The notes beneath the pieces are model-generated. The model ran no database searches, had not been told where the DNA came from, and saw nothing but the letters and a program-made list of their open reading frames with translations. Of a stretch of DNA of 35,276 bases, positions 20,053 to 29,141 are shown one piece after another. The stretch is from positions 1-35,276 of the IMG/VR virus record IMGVR_UViG_3300011334_000418; one strand, 5' to 3'. A program made the translations under genes and the position numbers. Numbering within the stretch: position 1 is the first letter of the stretch; each line of letters opens with the position of its first letter. The stretch comes from a virus. Lineage: Duplodnaviria; Caudoviricetes.

Positions 20053-20417
20053 TTTCAAAAATTGATGCCGTTTTGTCTTTGGTTCCCGGCGCACAAGTTG
20101 TTTGTTATGGCGATGGGGAAGCCGCAACAATTGATTGGATTAATCCAAGCGTTGCCCCTGTTACAAATGAACAAATCAATGCCGAATATGCCCGGCTTGT
20201 TGCGGATCAACCGCTTCAAGAATGTAAAAAACAAGCAAGCCAACTTTTGTACCAAACAGATTGGACAACCATTCCGGATGTTGCCGATCCTACAAACACC
20301 CCTTATTTGACCAACCAAGCGGAATTTATTGCATGGCGTTCGCAAGTACGCGCCCTTGCAGTTAACCCGGTTGCAAATCCTGTATTCCAACCAACACCCG
20401 AAGCAATTTGGGGCTAG
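20049..20417 (+). CDS. Tail fibre assembly chaperone
   Basis: 'LLYQTDWTTIPDV...WRSQVRAL' motif; start at ATGA overlap 20049. Confidence 0.75.
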   Translation: MISKIDAVLSLVPGAQVVCYGDGEAATIDWINPSVAPVTNEQINAEYARLVADQPLQECKKQASQLLYQTDWTTIPDVADPTNTPYLTNQAEFIAWRSQVRALAVNPVANPVFQPTPEAIWG

Positions 20418-20420
20418 TAA

Positions 20421-20446
20421 AATGCCTTTCGGGGCGTTATACTTTT
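20421..20446 (+). terminator. Possible terminator hairpin
   Basis: AATGCCT-TTCG-GGGCGTT followed by ATACTTTT. Confidence 0.4.
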
Positions 20447-20518
20447 GAAAATATAAAACACGACATGATGGCGGGTTTTGCGAGTGCGCGAAACCTATAA
20501 CCGCGAAATGGGGCAATC

Positions 20519-21007
20519 ATGGCAGTATTTAACAAAAACACACTTACGCAAGTGTCGGGTTTTGACAATCCGATTATTGCGGGCGAATTAGTTTACGAAC
20601 AATCAACCTTTTGGAATCTTGCCCTTACTGCGGAAGATAACATTACCCCGGTTGATTTAACGGGCGCAACGATTGATGCCCAAATTGTTCGCCGCACACT
20701 TTCAAATGTTCAAGATACCCGGTATGGGCTTTCTTTTGACATTGGCAATTTCACGCCAACACCAACCCCAATTTCATTAACTATTACCAACCGCAATAAC
20801 GCGGAAGGTTCTTTTACTTTGGTTATTGATGATTCATCTTGGGGTTTAGTTGATTCAGATACCCAAATGGATATTGCATCGGCAAATGGCGCGGGTTTTT
20901 CCGGGCGCATCAAAATAAGTTTTCCTTCTTCCGGATCACAACCCGCCGAAGATAACATTATTTTTTTGCTTTTCTTGGTACGAAGCGATGGCATCGTAAA
21001 AGTTTAA
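20519..21007 (+). CDS. Virion structural protein, BppU-N-like fibre anchor
   Basis: 'PVDLTGATIDAQI' motif; heads the second fibre cluster. Confidence 0.55.
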   Translation: MAVFNKNTLTQVSGFDNPIIAGELVYEQSTFWNLALTAEDNITPVDLTGATIDAQIVRRTLSNVQDTRYGLSFDIGNFTPTPTPISLTITNRNNAEGSFTLVIDDSSWGLVDSDTQMDIASANGAGFSGRIKISFPSSGSQPAEDNIIFLLFLVRSDGIVKV

Positions 21008-21019
21008 AGGGGCGCGTTA

Positions 21020-21313
21020 ATGGCAAAAATGACAGTAAACGCCGTTCCAAGCAATACGAACATTACCGTACAAGATAGCAATAACATTGTTGCCAACATT
21101 ACAGGTGGCAACGAAGTTAATGTGCAGGTTACCCCAACGCCCCGGCAAACCATACAAATCAATCGTGGTGTTAAAGGTGCGGATGGTGGGGACAAGATAG
21201 GCGGTTACCCGGTAGTAATCACCGCCGTACAACCACAAGATGTAATCATGTTTGGAACAAATGAGTGGGTTAACACCCCGCAAACCGAAATCGCCGATGG
21301 CGGCAACTTTTAA
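21020..21313 (+). CDS. Small fibre adaptor-like protein
   Basis: Short collagen-like 'RGVKGADG'; ends 'IADGGNF'. Confidence 0.6.
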   Translation: MAKMTVNAVPSNTNITVQDSNNIVANITGGNEVNVQVTPTPRQTIQINRGVKGADGGDKIGGYPVVITAVQPQDVIMFGTNEWVNTPQTEIADGGNF

Positions 21314-21326
21314 AAGGAAATAAAAA

Positions 21327-22529
21327 ATGTCAAATACTATACGCATTAAACGCCGCGCCGCTTCCGGTGGTGCAGGTGCGCCAAGTACGCTTGCAAACGC
21401 GGAATTGGCTTTTAACGAAGCAACGAATATCCTGTATTACGGTACAGGTACAGGCGGTTCCGGTGGTTCCGCAACTTCAATTATTGCAATTGCCGGTAAT
21501 GGCGCATTTGTTGATCTTTCAACAAATCAAACCATTGCGGGTACAAAAACATTTTCAAGCACCATTTCGGGTTCAATTAACGGCAATGCCGCAACCGCAA
21601 CGGCTTGGGCAACGGCGCGTAATCTATCCCTTACCGGTGATGGTACGGCAACCCTTGCAAGCGTTGATGGTACGGCGGCAGTAAGTGCGGCATTTACCCT
21701 TGCAACCGTTAACAGTAATGTTGGAACATTCCTAAAAACTACTGTAAACGCAAAAGGTTTGGTAACTGCGGCAACAACTGCAAACATTAATGATCTAACG
21801 GTTCCAACTGCGGATTATGCGTTTGGTGGTTACAAAATCACCGGGCTTGCCGATCCAACAAGCGATCAAGATGCGGCAACCAAATATTATGTTGATACGG
21901 TTGCACAAGGTTTAGATGTTAAGGCATCCGTTAAAGCCGCAACAACTGCCAACATTACATTGTCGGGCGCACAAACAATTGATGGTGTATCAATTGTTGC
22001 CGGTGATCGTGTGTTGGTTAAAAATCAAACATCAACACCAACAAACGGTATTTATGTTGCCGCAAGTGGTGCATGGGCGCGTTCCGCAGATGCAAACACT
22101 TGGGATGAATTGGTTTCCGCTTATACCTTTGTTGAAGAAGGCGCAACATACGCGGATACCGGTTGGGTTTGTACCATCAATGCAGGTGGTACGCTTGGAA
22201 CAACCCCTATTACTTGGTCACAATTTAGCGGCGCAGGTACTTACCTTGCAGGTACAGGGCTTACCCTTTCCGGCAATACTTTCAGTATTACCAATACCGC
22301 CGTTACTGCCGGTTCATACGGTTCCGCAAGCGAAACCCTTACCGCAACGGTTAATGCCCAAGGTCAACTTACCGCCCTTGCAGATACGCCAATTGCAATC
22401 ACGCTTTCTCAAGTTACTGATGCCGGTACGATGGCAAGTCAAAACGCAAACAATGTGGCAATTACAGGCGGTTCGATTACAAACCTTACAACCTTTGATG
22501 GCATCACAATTGATGGCGGTACATTCTAA
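21327..22529 (+). CDS. Fibre protein with Mtd_N-like N-terminus
   Basis: 'NTIRIKR...AELAFNE', 'DAATKYYVD', 'GDRVLVKNQT...NGIY'; ends 'IDGGTF'. Confidence 0.75.
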   Translation: MSNTIRIKRRAASGGAGAPSTLANAELAFNEATNILYYGTGTGGSGGSATSIIAIAGNGAFVDLSTNQTIAGTKTFSSTISGSINGNAATATAWATARNLSLTGDGTATLASVDGTAAVSAAFTLATVNSNVGTFLKTTVNAKGLVTAATTANINDLTVPTADYAFGGYKITGLADPTSDQDAATKYYVDTVAQGLDVKASVKAATTANITLSGAQTIDGVSIVAGDRVLVKNQTSTPTNGIYVAASGAWARSADANTWDELVSAYTFVEEGATYADTGWVCTINAGGTLGTTPITWSQFSGAGTYLAGTGLTLSGNTFSITNTAVTAGSYGSASETLTATVNAQGQLTALADTPIAITLSQVTDAGTMASQNANNVAITGGSITNLTTFDGITIDGGTF

Positions 22530-22541
22530 TTAACTAAAATT

Positions 22542-22569
22542 AACCCGCTTATATAAGCGCGAAAGGGTT
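22542..22569 (+). promoter_or_regulatory. Palindromic hairpin overlapping the RBS of the next fibre gene
   Basis: Perfect palindrome CGCTTATATAAGCG (22546-22559), flanked by AACC(C) and GGGTT. Confidence 0.55.
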
Positions 22570-22574
22570 GCCAA

Positions 22575-24734
22575 ATGGCGAACACAATTAAGGTAAAAAG
22601 ATCATCCGTTGCGGGCAAAGTGCCAACAACGGGCGATTTGGAATTGGGCGAAATTGCCGTAAATACATACGATGGCAAGATGTATATGGAAAAGAACAAC
22701 GGTACGGCTTCCGTTGTTCAAATCGGCGATGTAGTCGGGGCGGCTTCGGCAACGGATAACGCCCTTGTTCGTTTTGATGGTGCAACCGGTAAGTTGGTTC
22801 AAAATGGAACCGTTACCCAAGATGATAATGGCAACCTTGCCAATGTAAATTCCATTGGGTTTGATACAACCCCGGCGGGAACCTTGCCAACTGCGGCGGG
22901 TTCAATGTATTGGGATGCCGCCGATGGAAACCAAACATTAAACCTTGTGATGGCGGGCGGTAATGTAACGCAACAAATTGGCGAAGAACAGTATTACCGA
23001 ATCAAAGCATCATCCGCAATTACCAACGGGCAAGCCGTTATGTTTACCGGTACGGTTGGTGGAAGTGGCGCGTTAACCGGCGCACCTGCAAACGGTCTTA
23101 CCGATGCAACATCCACTTATTTCATGGGTGTTGCAACCGAAGATATTGCATTAAACGGTTGGGGTTATGTAACAAATTTTGGCTTGGTGCGCGGCATCAA
23201 TACCACCGGCGGCGCGGAATCGTGGGTTGATGGTCAAATACTGTATTACAACCCTTCGGTTGCGGGTGGTTTAACCAAAACAGTACCTTCCGCACCTGCG
23301 GCAAAAATTCAAGTTGCCGTTGTTGTAAACGCGGCAAGCGGTGGTTCCGGTTCATTGTTTGTGCGCCCAACAATTAATGTTTCATTGGAAGATTTAAACG
23401 ATGTGGAAACCGCATCGGCAAGCGCAAATGATTTGTTGCAATATGATGGTTCCAAGTGGTTGCACAAAGCACCTTCAACCGTTACCGGTCTTGGTGGGCT
23501 TGCCAATGCATTAACCATTGGTACAGGTCTTGGCGGCACTTCTTACAACGGAACAAGTGCGGTAACAATTACCAACACCGGTGTAACTTCAATTACAGGT
23601 ACGGCAAGCCAAATCACCGCATCCGCTTCAACGGGCGGCGTAACGCTTTCATTGCCTTCCACAATCAATGTAAACACTTCCGGAAATGCGGGAAGCGCAA
23701 CAAATATTGCGGGCGGTGCGGCAAACAAAATTCCGTACCAAACAGGTTTGGGCGCAACTTCTTTCATTGATGCGCCAACAACTACAAATCAAGTTTTATC
23801 GTACAACGGTTCGGCATTAGTGTGGGCGGTTGGCGCAGGTTCGGGAACCGTAACTTCGGTTGCTATGACAGTACCAACCGGGCTTTCCATTTCCGGTTCA
23901 CCAATCACAACAAGCGGCACTTTGGCTTTGACCTTTGCCGCCGGGTATTCAATTCCAACCACCGCAAGCCAAACCAATTGGGATACCGCATATACGGATC
24001 GCCTTAAATGGGATGGTGGATCAACCGGTTTGGTTGCCGCAACCGGGCGCACAAGCCTTGGTGGTACAACCATTGGACAAAACTTTTTTACGCTTACCAA
24101 TCCGGGCGCAATTACATTCCCGCGCATGAACGCGGATAACACCGTAAGCGCATTAGATGCCGCAACTTTCCGTACCGCCATTGGCGCGGGTACGGGTTCC
24201 GGTACAGTTACTTCGATTGGCATTACTGCGGGTACAGGTATTGCCGTAAGCGGTTCGCCTGTTACTTCTTCGGGCAACATTACCGTATCGTTGGCAAGTA
24301 TTGCCGGTTCGTACTATTACGACACATTTACCGCAACTGCCGGGCAAACTTCTTTTACAACATCGCAAACATACACAAGCGGCAAAATTTCCGTATTTAA
24401 AAACGGCGTAAAAATGCGTAATGGTACGGATGTAACTGTTACAAGTGGAAGTGCGGTTGTTTTTGCATCCGGATGCGTTGTTGGGGATATTGTTGATGTT
24501 GATTACCCGGCAACCGCAATTGCGGGTGTAAATATATACGATACTTTTACCGCAACGGCAAGCCAAACAACATTTACAACAAGCGCAACTTATACCGCAA
24601 ATAAAATTGATGTTTATATGAATGGTTCAAAAATGCGAAATGGAACCGATGTAACTGTTACAAGTGGAACAACCGTTGTTTTTGCAACTGGTCTTACTGC
24701 CGGATCAATTGTTGATGTTAATTACCCAACTTAA
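22575..24734 (+). CDS. Long fibre protein with Mtd_N-like N-terminus and repeated modules
   Basis: 'NTIKVKRS...GEIAVNTYDGKMY', 'TDNALVRFDG', 'GTVTSV' repeats, two C-terminal 73 aa repeats. Confidence 0.8.
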   Translation: MANTIKVKRSSVAGKVPTTGDLELGEIAVNTYDGKMYMEKNNGTASVVQIGDVVGAASATDNALVRFDGATGKLVQNGTVTQDDNGNLANVNSIGFDTTPAGTLPTAAGSMYWDAADGNQTLNLVMAGGNVTQQIGEEQYYRIKASSAITNGQAVMFTGTVGGSGALTGAPANGLTDATSTYFMGVATEDIALNGWGYVTNFGLVRGINTTGGAESWVDGQILYYNPSVAGGLTKTVPSAPAAKIQVAVVVNAASGGSGSLFVRPTINVSLEDLNDVETASASANDLLQYDGSKWLHKAPSTVTGLGGLANALTIGTGLGGTSYNGTSAVTITNTGVTSITGTASQITASASTGGVTLSLPSTINVNTSGNAGSATNIAGGAANKIPYQTGLGATSFIDAPTTTNQVLSYNGSALVWAVGAGSGTVTSVAMTVPTGLSISGSPITTSGTLALTFAAGYSIPTTASQTNWDTAYTDRLKWDGGSTGLVAATGRTSLGGTTIGQNFFTLTNPGAITFPRMNADNTVSALDAATFRTAIGAGTGSGTVTSIGITAGTGIAVSGSPVTSSGNITVSLASIAGSYYYDTFTATAGQTSFTTSQTYTSGKISVFKNGVKMRNGTDVTVTSGSAVVFASGCVVGDIVDVDYPATAIAGVNIYDTFTATASQTTFTTSATYTANKIDVYMNGSKMRNGTDVTVTSGTTVVFATGLTAGSIVDVNYPT
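24318..24731 (+). repeat. Two 219-bp-period repeats at the fibre C-terminus
   Basis: YDTFTATA.QT.FTTS..YT..KI.V..NG.KMRNGTDVTVTSG..VVFA.G...G.IVDV.YP at 24318 and 24537. Confidence 0.9.
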
Positions 24735-24747
24735 AAGGAAATAAAAA

Positions 24748-25056
24748 ATGTCCGGGGATGTTGAAGTTCATTTGGCGCGTTCCGACAATGCCCATATTGA
24801 TCGCCGCTTTGATGAAATTATGGATGCATTACGCCAAATTAACGGGGCGTTTGCAACCAACCCCGATGGTTCAACCGATTTTGCCGGGCATCGCAATTAT
24901 CACGAAGCCATGATTAAAGCGGCAACCGCCCAAGAACAATTTTGGAAAGAATTGAAATTGGAAGTTGCAAAAAAAGGTATTTGGTCTTTGTTGGTAATCA
25001 TTTGCGGCTTGGTAGTTGTTGGGGTTTCCGCAAAGTTTGGTATTGGCGCAAAGTAA
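24748..25056 (+). CDS. Membrane protein of the lysis cassette (holin/antiholin-like)
   Basis: Single C-terminal hydrophobic segment; position. Confidence 0.55.
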   Translation: MSGDVEVHLARSDNAHIDRRFDEIMDALRQINGAFATNPDGSTDFAGHRNYHEAMIKAATAQEQFWKELKLEVAKKGIWSLLVIICGLVVVGVSAKFGIGAK

Positions 25057-25068
25057 CAAATTGCCAAA

Positions 25069-25596
25069 ATGCTTGATCCGATTACCGCTTTTGCCGCCGC
25101 CCAAGCCGCCGTTGCAGGGGTAAAAGCCGCCGTTAATTTATACAAGGATGCTAAAGGTGTTGGCAAAGATGTTGGGGCGATAGCGCAAGAAATTTCAAGC
25201 GGGCTTGGTAAGTTTTTTGAAGCGCAAGAAGCAGTTTGCAAAGCAGGGCAAGACATTGAAGGCAAGGTAATAAAAACAAAATCGGTTAATGCCCAAGCAT
25301 TTGAAAATGTAATGCGAGTGCGACAACTTCAACAATACGAACAAGAATTAAAAGAATTGTTGATTTATCACACGCCAATGGCGGGGTTATGGGAAGATTT
25401 CCAAGCGGAACGAAACAAGATAAGAGAAGAAAAAGCGGAACAAGAAAGAATGGAACGAAAAAGAATTGCACAAATTGCCAAACTAAAAAAAGAATTTTGG
25501 GATGATGTAATGTTTTACGGAATCATTGGCGGTATTGTTGTGTTCTTTGTTAGTGGTCTTACTTGGTTCTTTTCATGGTTGGTTGATAACAAATAA
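25069..25596 (+). CDS. Coiled-coil membrane protein of the lysis cassette
   Basis: Amphipathic N-terminus, charged coiled coil, C-terminal TM segment. Confidence 0.6.
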   Translation: MLDPITAFAAAQAAVAGVKAAVNLYKDAKGVGKDVGAIAQEISSGLGKFFEAQEAVCKAGQDIEGKVIKTKSVNAQAFENVMRVRQLQQYEQELKELLIYHTPMAGLWEDFQAERNKIREEKAEQERMERKRIAQIAKLKKEFWDDVMFYGIIGGIVVFFVSGLTWFFSWLVDNK

Positions 25597-25604
25597 GGTA
25601 AACA

Positions 25605-26018
25605 ATGTTTCCATTAACGGCATTATTTGATGTTGGCATGAAAGTGTTGGATAAATTTATTCCCGATCCGGAAGCCAAAGCCAAAGCCCAACAAGAATTG
25701 TTAAAGATGCAACAAGAAGGGCGGCTTGCAGAATTGAACGCGGATAACATTGAAGCGCAAGAATTGACCAAACGCCAAGAAGCGGATATGGCAAGCGATT
25801 CATGGCTTTCCAAAAACATTCGCCCAATGACATTAATTTTTATTTTGATTGCGTACACCATGTTTGCCATGATGTCGGCATTTGGCATTGATACCAATCA
25901 AAAATATGTTGAATTGCTTGGGCAATGGGGTATGTTGATTATGTCGTTTTACTTTGGTGGTCGGACACTTGAAAAGATTATGGACATGAAAGCAAAACGC
26001 GATGAAATTAACAAATAA
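25605..26018 (+). CDS. Holin (3TM / GTA-type family)
   Basis: 'LDKFIPDPEAKAKAQ', 'SWLSKNIRP', 'FYFGGRTLEK'. Confidence 0.8.
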   Translation: MFPLTALFDVGMKVLDKFIPDPEAKAKAQQELLKMQQEGRLAELNADNIEAQELTKRQEADMASDSWLSKNIRPMTLIFILIAYTMFAMMSAFGIDTNQKYVELLGQWGMLIMSFYFGGRTLEKIMDMKAKRDEINK

Positions 26019-26475
26019 TTTTACGCTTGAAGAATTAACCAAAAGCGAAACGGCATTGCGCCAAAACATTGATAACACCCCGCCGGATGATATTGTTGCC
26101 AACCTTCGCACCCTTGCCGAAAAGGTACTTCAACCGGTGCGTGAACATTATGGTAAAGGCGTAAAAGTCAATTCCGGTTACCGTTCAATGGCAGTTAATG
26201 CGGCAGTTGGTGGCGTACAAGGCGCAAAACCATCCGATCACACACGCGGCATGGCGGCAGATATTGAAATTCCCGGATTGCCAAACGCGGAATTGGCGCA
26301 ATGGATTGAAGCCAATCTTGAATACACGCAAGTAATTTTGGAATTCTATACACAAGGCATCCCCGATTCGGGTTGGGTTCATGTGTCGTATGATCCAAAT
26401 TCGTTACGAAAACAATCGTTAACGGCGGTAAAGGAAAACGGCAAAACCGTTTACTTGCCGGGTTTACAAGCGTAA
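26002..26475 (+). CDS. Endolysin, peptidase M15 family
   Basis: 'NFTLEELTKS', 'VNSGYRS', 'SDHTRGMAADI', 'WVHVS' with Zn ligands H, D, H. Confidence 0.92.
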   Translation: MKLTNNFTLEELTKSETALRQNIDNTPPDDIVANLRTLAEKVLQPVREHYGKGVKVNSGYRSMAVNAAVGGVQGAKPSDHTRGMAADIEIPGLPNAELAQWIEANLEYTQVILEFYTQGIPDSGWVHVSYDPNSLRKQSLTAVKENGKTVYLPGLQA

Positions 26476-26511
26476 AATACAAAAGCAGTTGCCAACCTTC
26501 ACAAGTGGCTT

Positions 26512-26548
26512 AAACACCCGGCGTAAAAAACCGGGTGTTTTTTTATTT
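26512..26548. terminator. Intrinsic terminator between the convergent late and early blocks
   Basis: AAACACCCGG-CGTAAAAAA-CCGGGTGTTT followed by a T-run. Confidence 0.85.
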
Positions 26549-26710
26549 GTCAAAAAAACGGTATTTAACGAAAAATATTGGAAATGCGATCAAACCAATA
26601 ACCAAAGCAAAAGCCAAATAAAGCAAGACAAGCATAAGTTGCAAAGCGGCGATTAGCAATCCGATTCCATACGCCAACGCGCTTGTAAAAAATTGGGCGA
26701 TTGATACCAT
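26543..26710 (-). CDS. Small hydrophobic membrane protein (55 aa, not in ORF track)
   Basis: MVSIAQFFTSALAYGIGLLIAALQLMLVLLYLAFALVIGLIAFPIFFVKYRFFDK*; RBS AAAGGAAC. Confidence 0.65.
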   Translation of the reverse strand: MVSIAQFFTSALAYGIGLLIAALQLMLVLLYLAFALVIGLIAFPIFFVKYRFFDK

Positions 26711-26734
26711 TTTGTTGTTCCTTTTTAAATTTAA

Positions 26735-26947
26735 TCATTCCATATATCCTTTTGTGGTTACGGTTACTTTTTCAACATCCACTTTGCCACACCAATACGA
26801 ATCGGCTTGCGCCCAATCCAATGCGGCTTTACGGCTTTTGAAAAGCATGGTTCGGTATGGTGAATATTGCAAAACACCGGGCGGCAACTTTACATACGCC
26901 CCCCGGCGGCTTTTAATAACCAAAGCCCAACAATCAAGCCTTGCCAT
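26735..26947 (-). CDS. Hypothetical protein
   Basis: Probable start MARLDCW at 26947; packed within the operon. Confidence 0.55.
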   Translation of the reverse strand: MARLDCWALVIKSRRGAYVKLPPGVLQYSPYRTMLFKSRKAALDWAQADSYWCGKVDVEKVTVTTKGYME

Positions 26948-27152
26948 TACCAAACCATTTTTCAAACAAACCCGGCTTGGTTCCCTGTAATGCCCGGCTT
27001 GTTTCTTCGCGGATAACTTCACATTCCAACAATATTTGCGTGGCAAGGGCGTGGACTTCTTCGGCTTTTGTACCATCCGCACTTATGCGTTGCAACTTAT
27101 TGTTAAGGTTGTTAACGGCAACCAATGATGATGCCAAGTTGATTTCACCCAT
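26934..27152 (-). CDS. Hypothetical protein
   Basis: Probable start MGEINL at 27152, after RBS AAGGGG. Confidence 0.6.
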   Translation of the reverse strand: MGEINLASSLVAVNNLNNKLQRISADGTKAEEVHALATQILLECEVIREETSRALQGTKPGLFEKWFGNGKA

Positions 27153-27168
27153 AATTAAAATTACCCCT

Positions 27169-27585
27169 TTAAAACGGAATATCATCATCAAGCCCTTCCA
27201 TTGCCGAAGGTGCTGGCGCGGGTGAACGGCGTTGGAATTGTTCATGCGGTGCGGCTTCGCGTTGTTCTTTGCGTTCGCCAATCAATTGCACATTGTCAAT
27301 GCGGGCGCGTAAATCAAAGCCGGGTGAACCATCCTTTTTGGCAAATGTTTCAATGTGTAAATCTGCAAGTTGCACAAAGATTTGTGCGCCTTTGTGAAGA
27401 TACGGTTGCAGTTTTTCGCCGCGTTCACCCCACAAACTTGCCTTTACCCATTGGGTCGGCATATTGCCATCTTGCCCTTTGCGCCCGTATGAATAAGCCA
27501 AGGACAAATCCAACACCGCTTTACCATCTTGGGTGTACCGAACAACCGCTTCGTTTCCTATTCGTGCAATTCCAACTGTTAACAT
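27169..27585 (-). CDS. ssb: Single-stranded DNA-binding protein
   Basis: OB-fold pattern 'VRYTQDGKAV', 'TQWVKASLWGERGEKL'; acidic tail 'DDDIPF'. Confidence 0.93.
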   Translation of the reverse strand: MLTVGIARIGNEAVVRYTQDGKAVLDLSLAYSYGRKGQDGNMPTQWVKASLWGERGEKLQPYLHKGAQIFVQLADLHIETFAKKDGSPGFDLRARIDNVQLIGERKEQREAAPHEQFQRRSPAPAPSAMEGLDDDIPF

Positions 27586-27586
27586 A

Positions 27587-28246
27587 TTATTCCCCTGTGG
27601 TTAAGATTTCAAACATTGCATCAATTTCTTGCAAGAAGCCAATTGCGGCGGCTTCAACATCCGCAAGGTAAACCGGATCGGGTACATACTTGCGAATCAA
27701 CAATTTGTTTTTGTCCGGCAAACGCGGATCGTAAGCACAAAAATAAACAGGGCAACCACCCAAACACGCGCTTTGCAATGCCATTTGCGGCAAGTAATCT
27801 TCGGGCAACCAATTAGGATCGCGGGCGGCAATTAACCATGAAAGCATGGTTGATGTTGATGGGCATTTAATTTCAAGAAGGGCAACTTCCGATTCAAGAA
27901 TTCCATCCGGGGATGCCCCGCAATTTTCAATACTTGGATGTTCAACAAAGCCAACATCGGTTACTTGCATACCGGTGGCAAGCGTAAACGCTTCTTTTGC
28001 CATTGGTTCTTGGTCAATACCCCATTGCATTTCTTGGGTTACATACTTGGGAACAATGTTCCCTGTAAGGCGTTCCGCAAGGATTTCGATTTTTAATTTG
28101 CGGCGTTCGGATGATTCTTTTGGTAATTCATCCTTCTTTGCCTTTAAAAATGACATTGCCGCCGCCATGCGTGATGCGGTCAATTTACCGGTGCGGGCAT
28201 TAAACCAAGCCCCGGTTCCCTGTAATGCGTTTGCTTCGCGTGTCAT
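27587..28246 (-). CDS. YqaJ-like / lambda-type exonuclease
   Basis: 'WFNARTGKLTAS', 'MQWGIDQEP', 'GASPDG', 'LEIKCP', 'YDPR'. Confidence 0.92.
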   Translation of the reverse strand: MTREANALQGTGAWFNARTGKLTASRMAAAMSFLKAKKDELPKESSERRKLKIEILAERLTGNIVPKYVTQEMQWGIDQEPMAKEAFTLATGMQVTDVGFVEHPSIENCGASPDGILESEVALLEIKCPSTSTMLSWLIAARDPNWLPEDYLPQMALQSACLGGCPVYFCAYDPRLPDKNKLLIRKYVPDPVYLADVEAAAIGFLQEIDAMFEILTTGE

Positions 28247-28443
28247 ATATTTTTTCCTTCCACAATATCGGATGCATTGCCTTTTTTGGCGTTTATGTTG
28301 CCGTAAATAATTACGGTTTCGCGTATGGTTTTGGCTTCGTTATGCCGGGTTTTCCAATAAATTCGTTCATCACCTTCCGTATCCCGGTATTTTGCGGTTA
28401 ACCAATCAATACGATCATCAATGGCTTTTAATATTTCAATCAT
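28243..28443 (-). CDS. Hypothetical protein
   Basis: Probable start MIEILK; ATGA overlap with the exonuclease gene. Confidence 0.55.
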   Translation of the reverse strand: MIEILKAIDDRIDWLTAKYRDTEGDERIYWKTRHNEAKTIRETVIIYGNINAKKGNASDIVEGKNI

Positions 28444-28465
28444 GGTTATTTCTTTGTTAATAAGG

Positions 28466-29137
28466 TTATGGATTTGGCGTTTTCTCACTTGGCGTACCCT
28501 TTTGTTCGGCAAGCAATACGGCTTTCACTTCATCTTTTGCGGCGGTGGCGGCTTTTTGTTCTTCTTTGGTCAAACCGCCCCATTCCACTTGCAGGTTTAC
28601 AAGTGATTTACAGGCGCGAAGGATTTTTTCCACTTCGGCGATGCGTTCGGGTGAAGGCGTAACCGTAACTTCCCCGGCAGGGGGTGAAATCGTGGCGGTA
28701 ACGCTTCCATCTTTGGCAGTTGATACGCTTACCCTAGCGGAACGCGATTGCGCGTTTACGGGCGTTCTTTGCGCGGCATTGGCATCATCATCTTCCGGGG
28801 CAATACCGCAAGCCGCCATTAACGAATAACGGCGGGCGTAAGTTAACGCGGAACCGTACCCCTGCGGATCATGTTTGGCGGCGGGAACATGAAGGATGCC
28901 CCCGGTGATGGTTTCCCCGGATTCGTGAACAAACAGGGTTTCCACCGCAACGCCGTTATCCGAATCGTGGGTTCGTTGGATCATGGCAATGCCATTGGCG
29001 TTAAGGGCATCAATCACCGCTTCAACACAAGCGGCAAGGTCGGCATAACGCGAACGGAAATGTGGGTTTGTTGATGTTTTCAACGCGGGCGCAAAATCGC
29101 GTTGGGCTTTCACAAGTGCGGTTGCAATTTGTTGCAT
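28466..29137 (-). CDS. erf: ERF-family single-strand annealing protein
   Basis: 'NPHFRSRYADL', 'HESGE', 'QGYGSALTYARRYSL', 'EDDDAN'. Start ATG 29137. Confidence 0.93.
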   Translation of the reverse strand: MQQIATALVKAQRDFAPALKTSTNPHFRSRYADLAACVEAVIDALNANGIAMIQRTHDSDNGVAVETLFVHESGETITGGILHVPAAKHDPQGYGSALTYARRYSLMAACGIAPEDDDANAAQRTPVNAQSRSARVSVSTAKDGSVTATISPPAGEVTVTPSPERIAEVEKILRACKSLVNLQVEWGGLTKEEQKAATAAKDEVKAVLLAEQKGTPSEKTPNP

Positions 29138-29141
29138 GGTT

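Noticed and set aside
21327-24734. Diversity-generating retroelement suggested by Mtd_N-like domains and C-terminal repeats
   Set aside because: No reverse transcriptase is visible. The repeats are in-frame protein repeats differing at all four bases, not adenine-specific TR/VR pairs.
1291-25265. Many 60-200 aa antisense or alternate-frame ORFs over structural genes (e.g. 11828-12337, 21916-22533, 23789-24280)
   Set aside because: Shadow ORFs. Codon bias and low CTA/TAG content reduce stops in other frames, and they carry no RBS or recognisable motifs.
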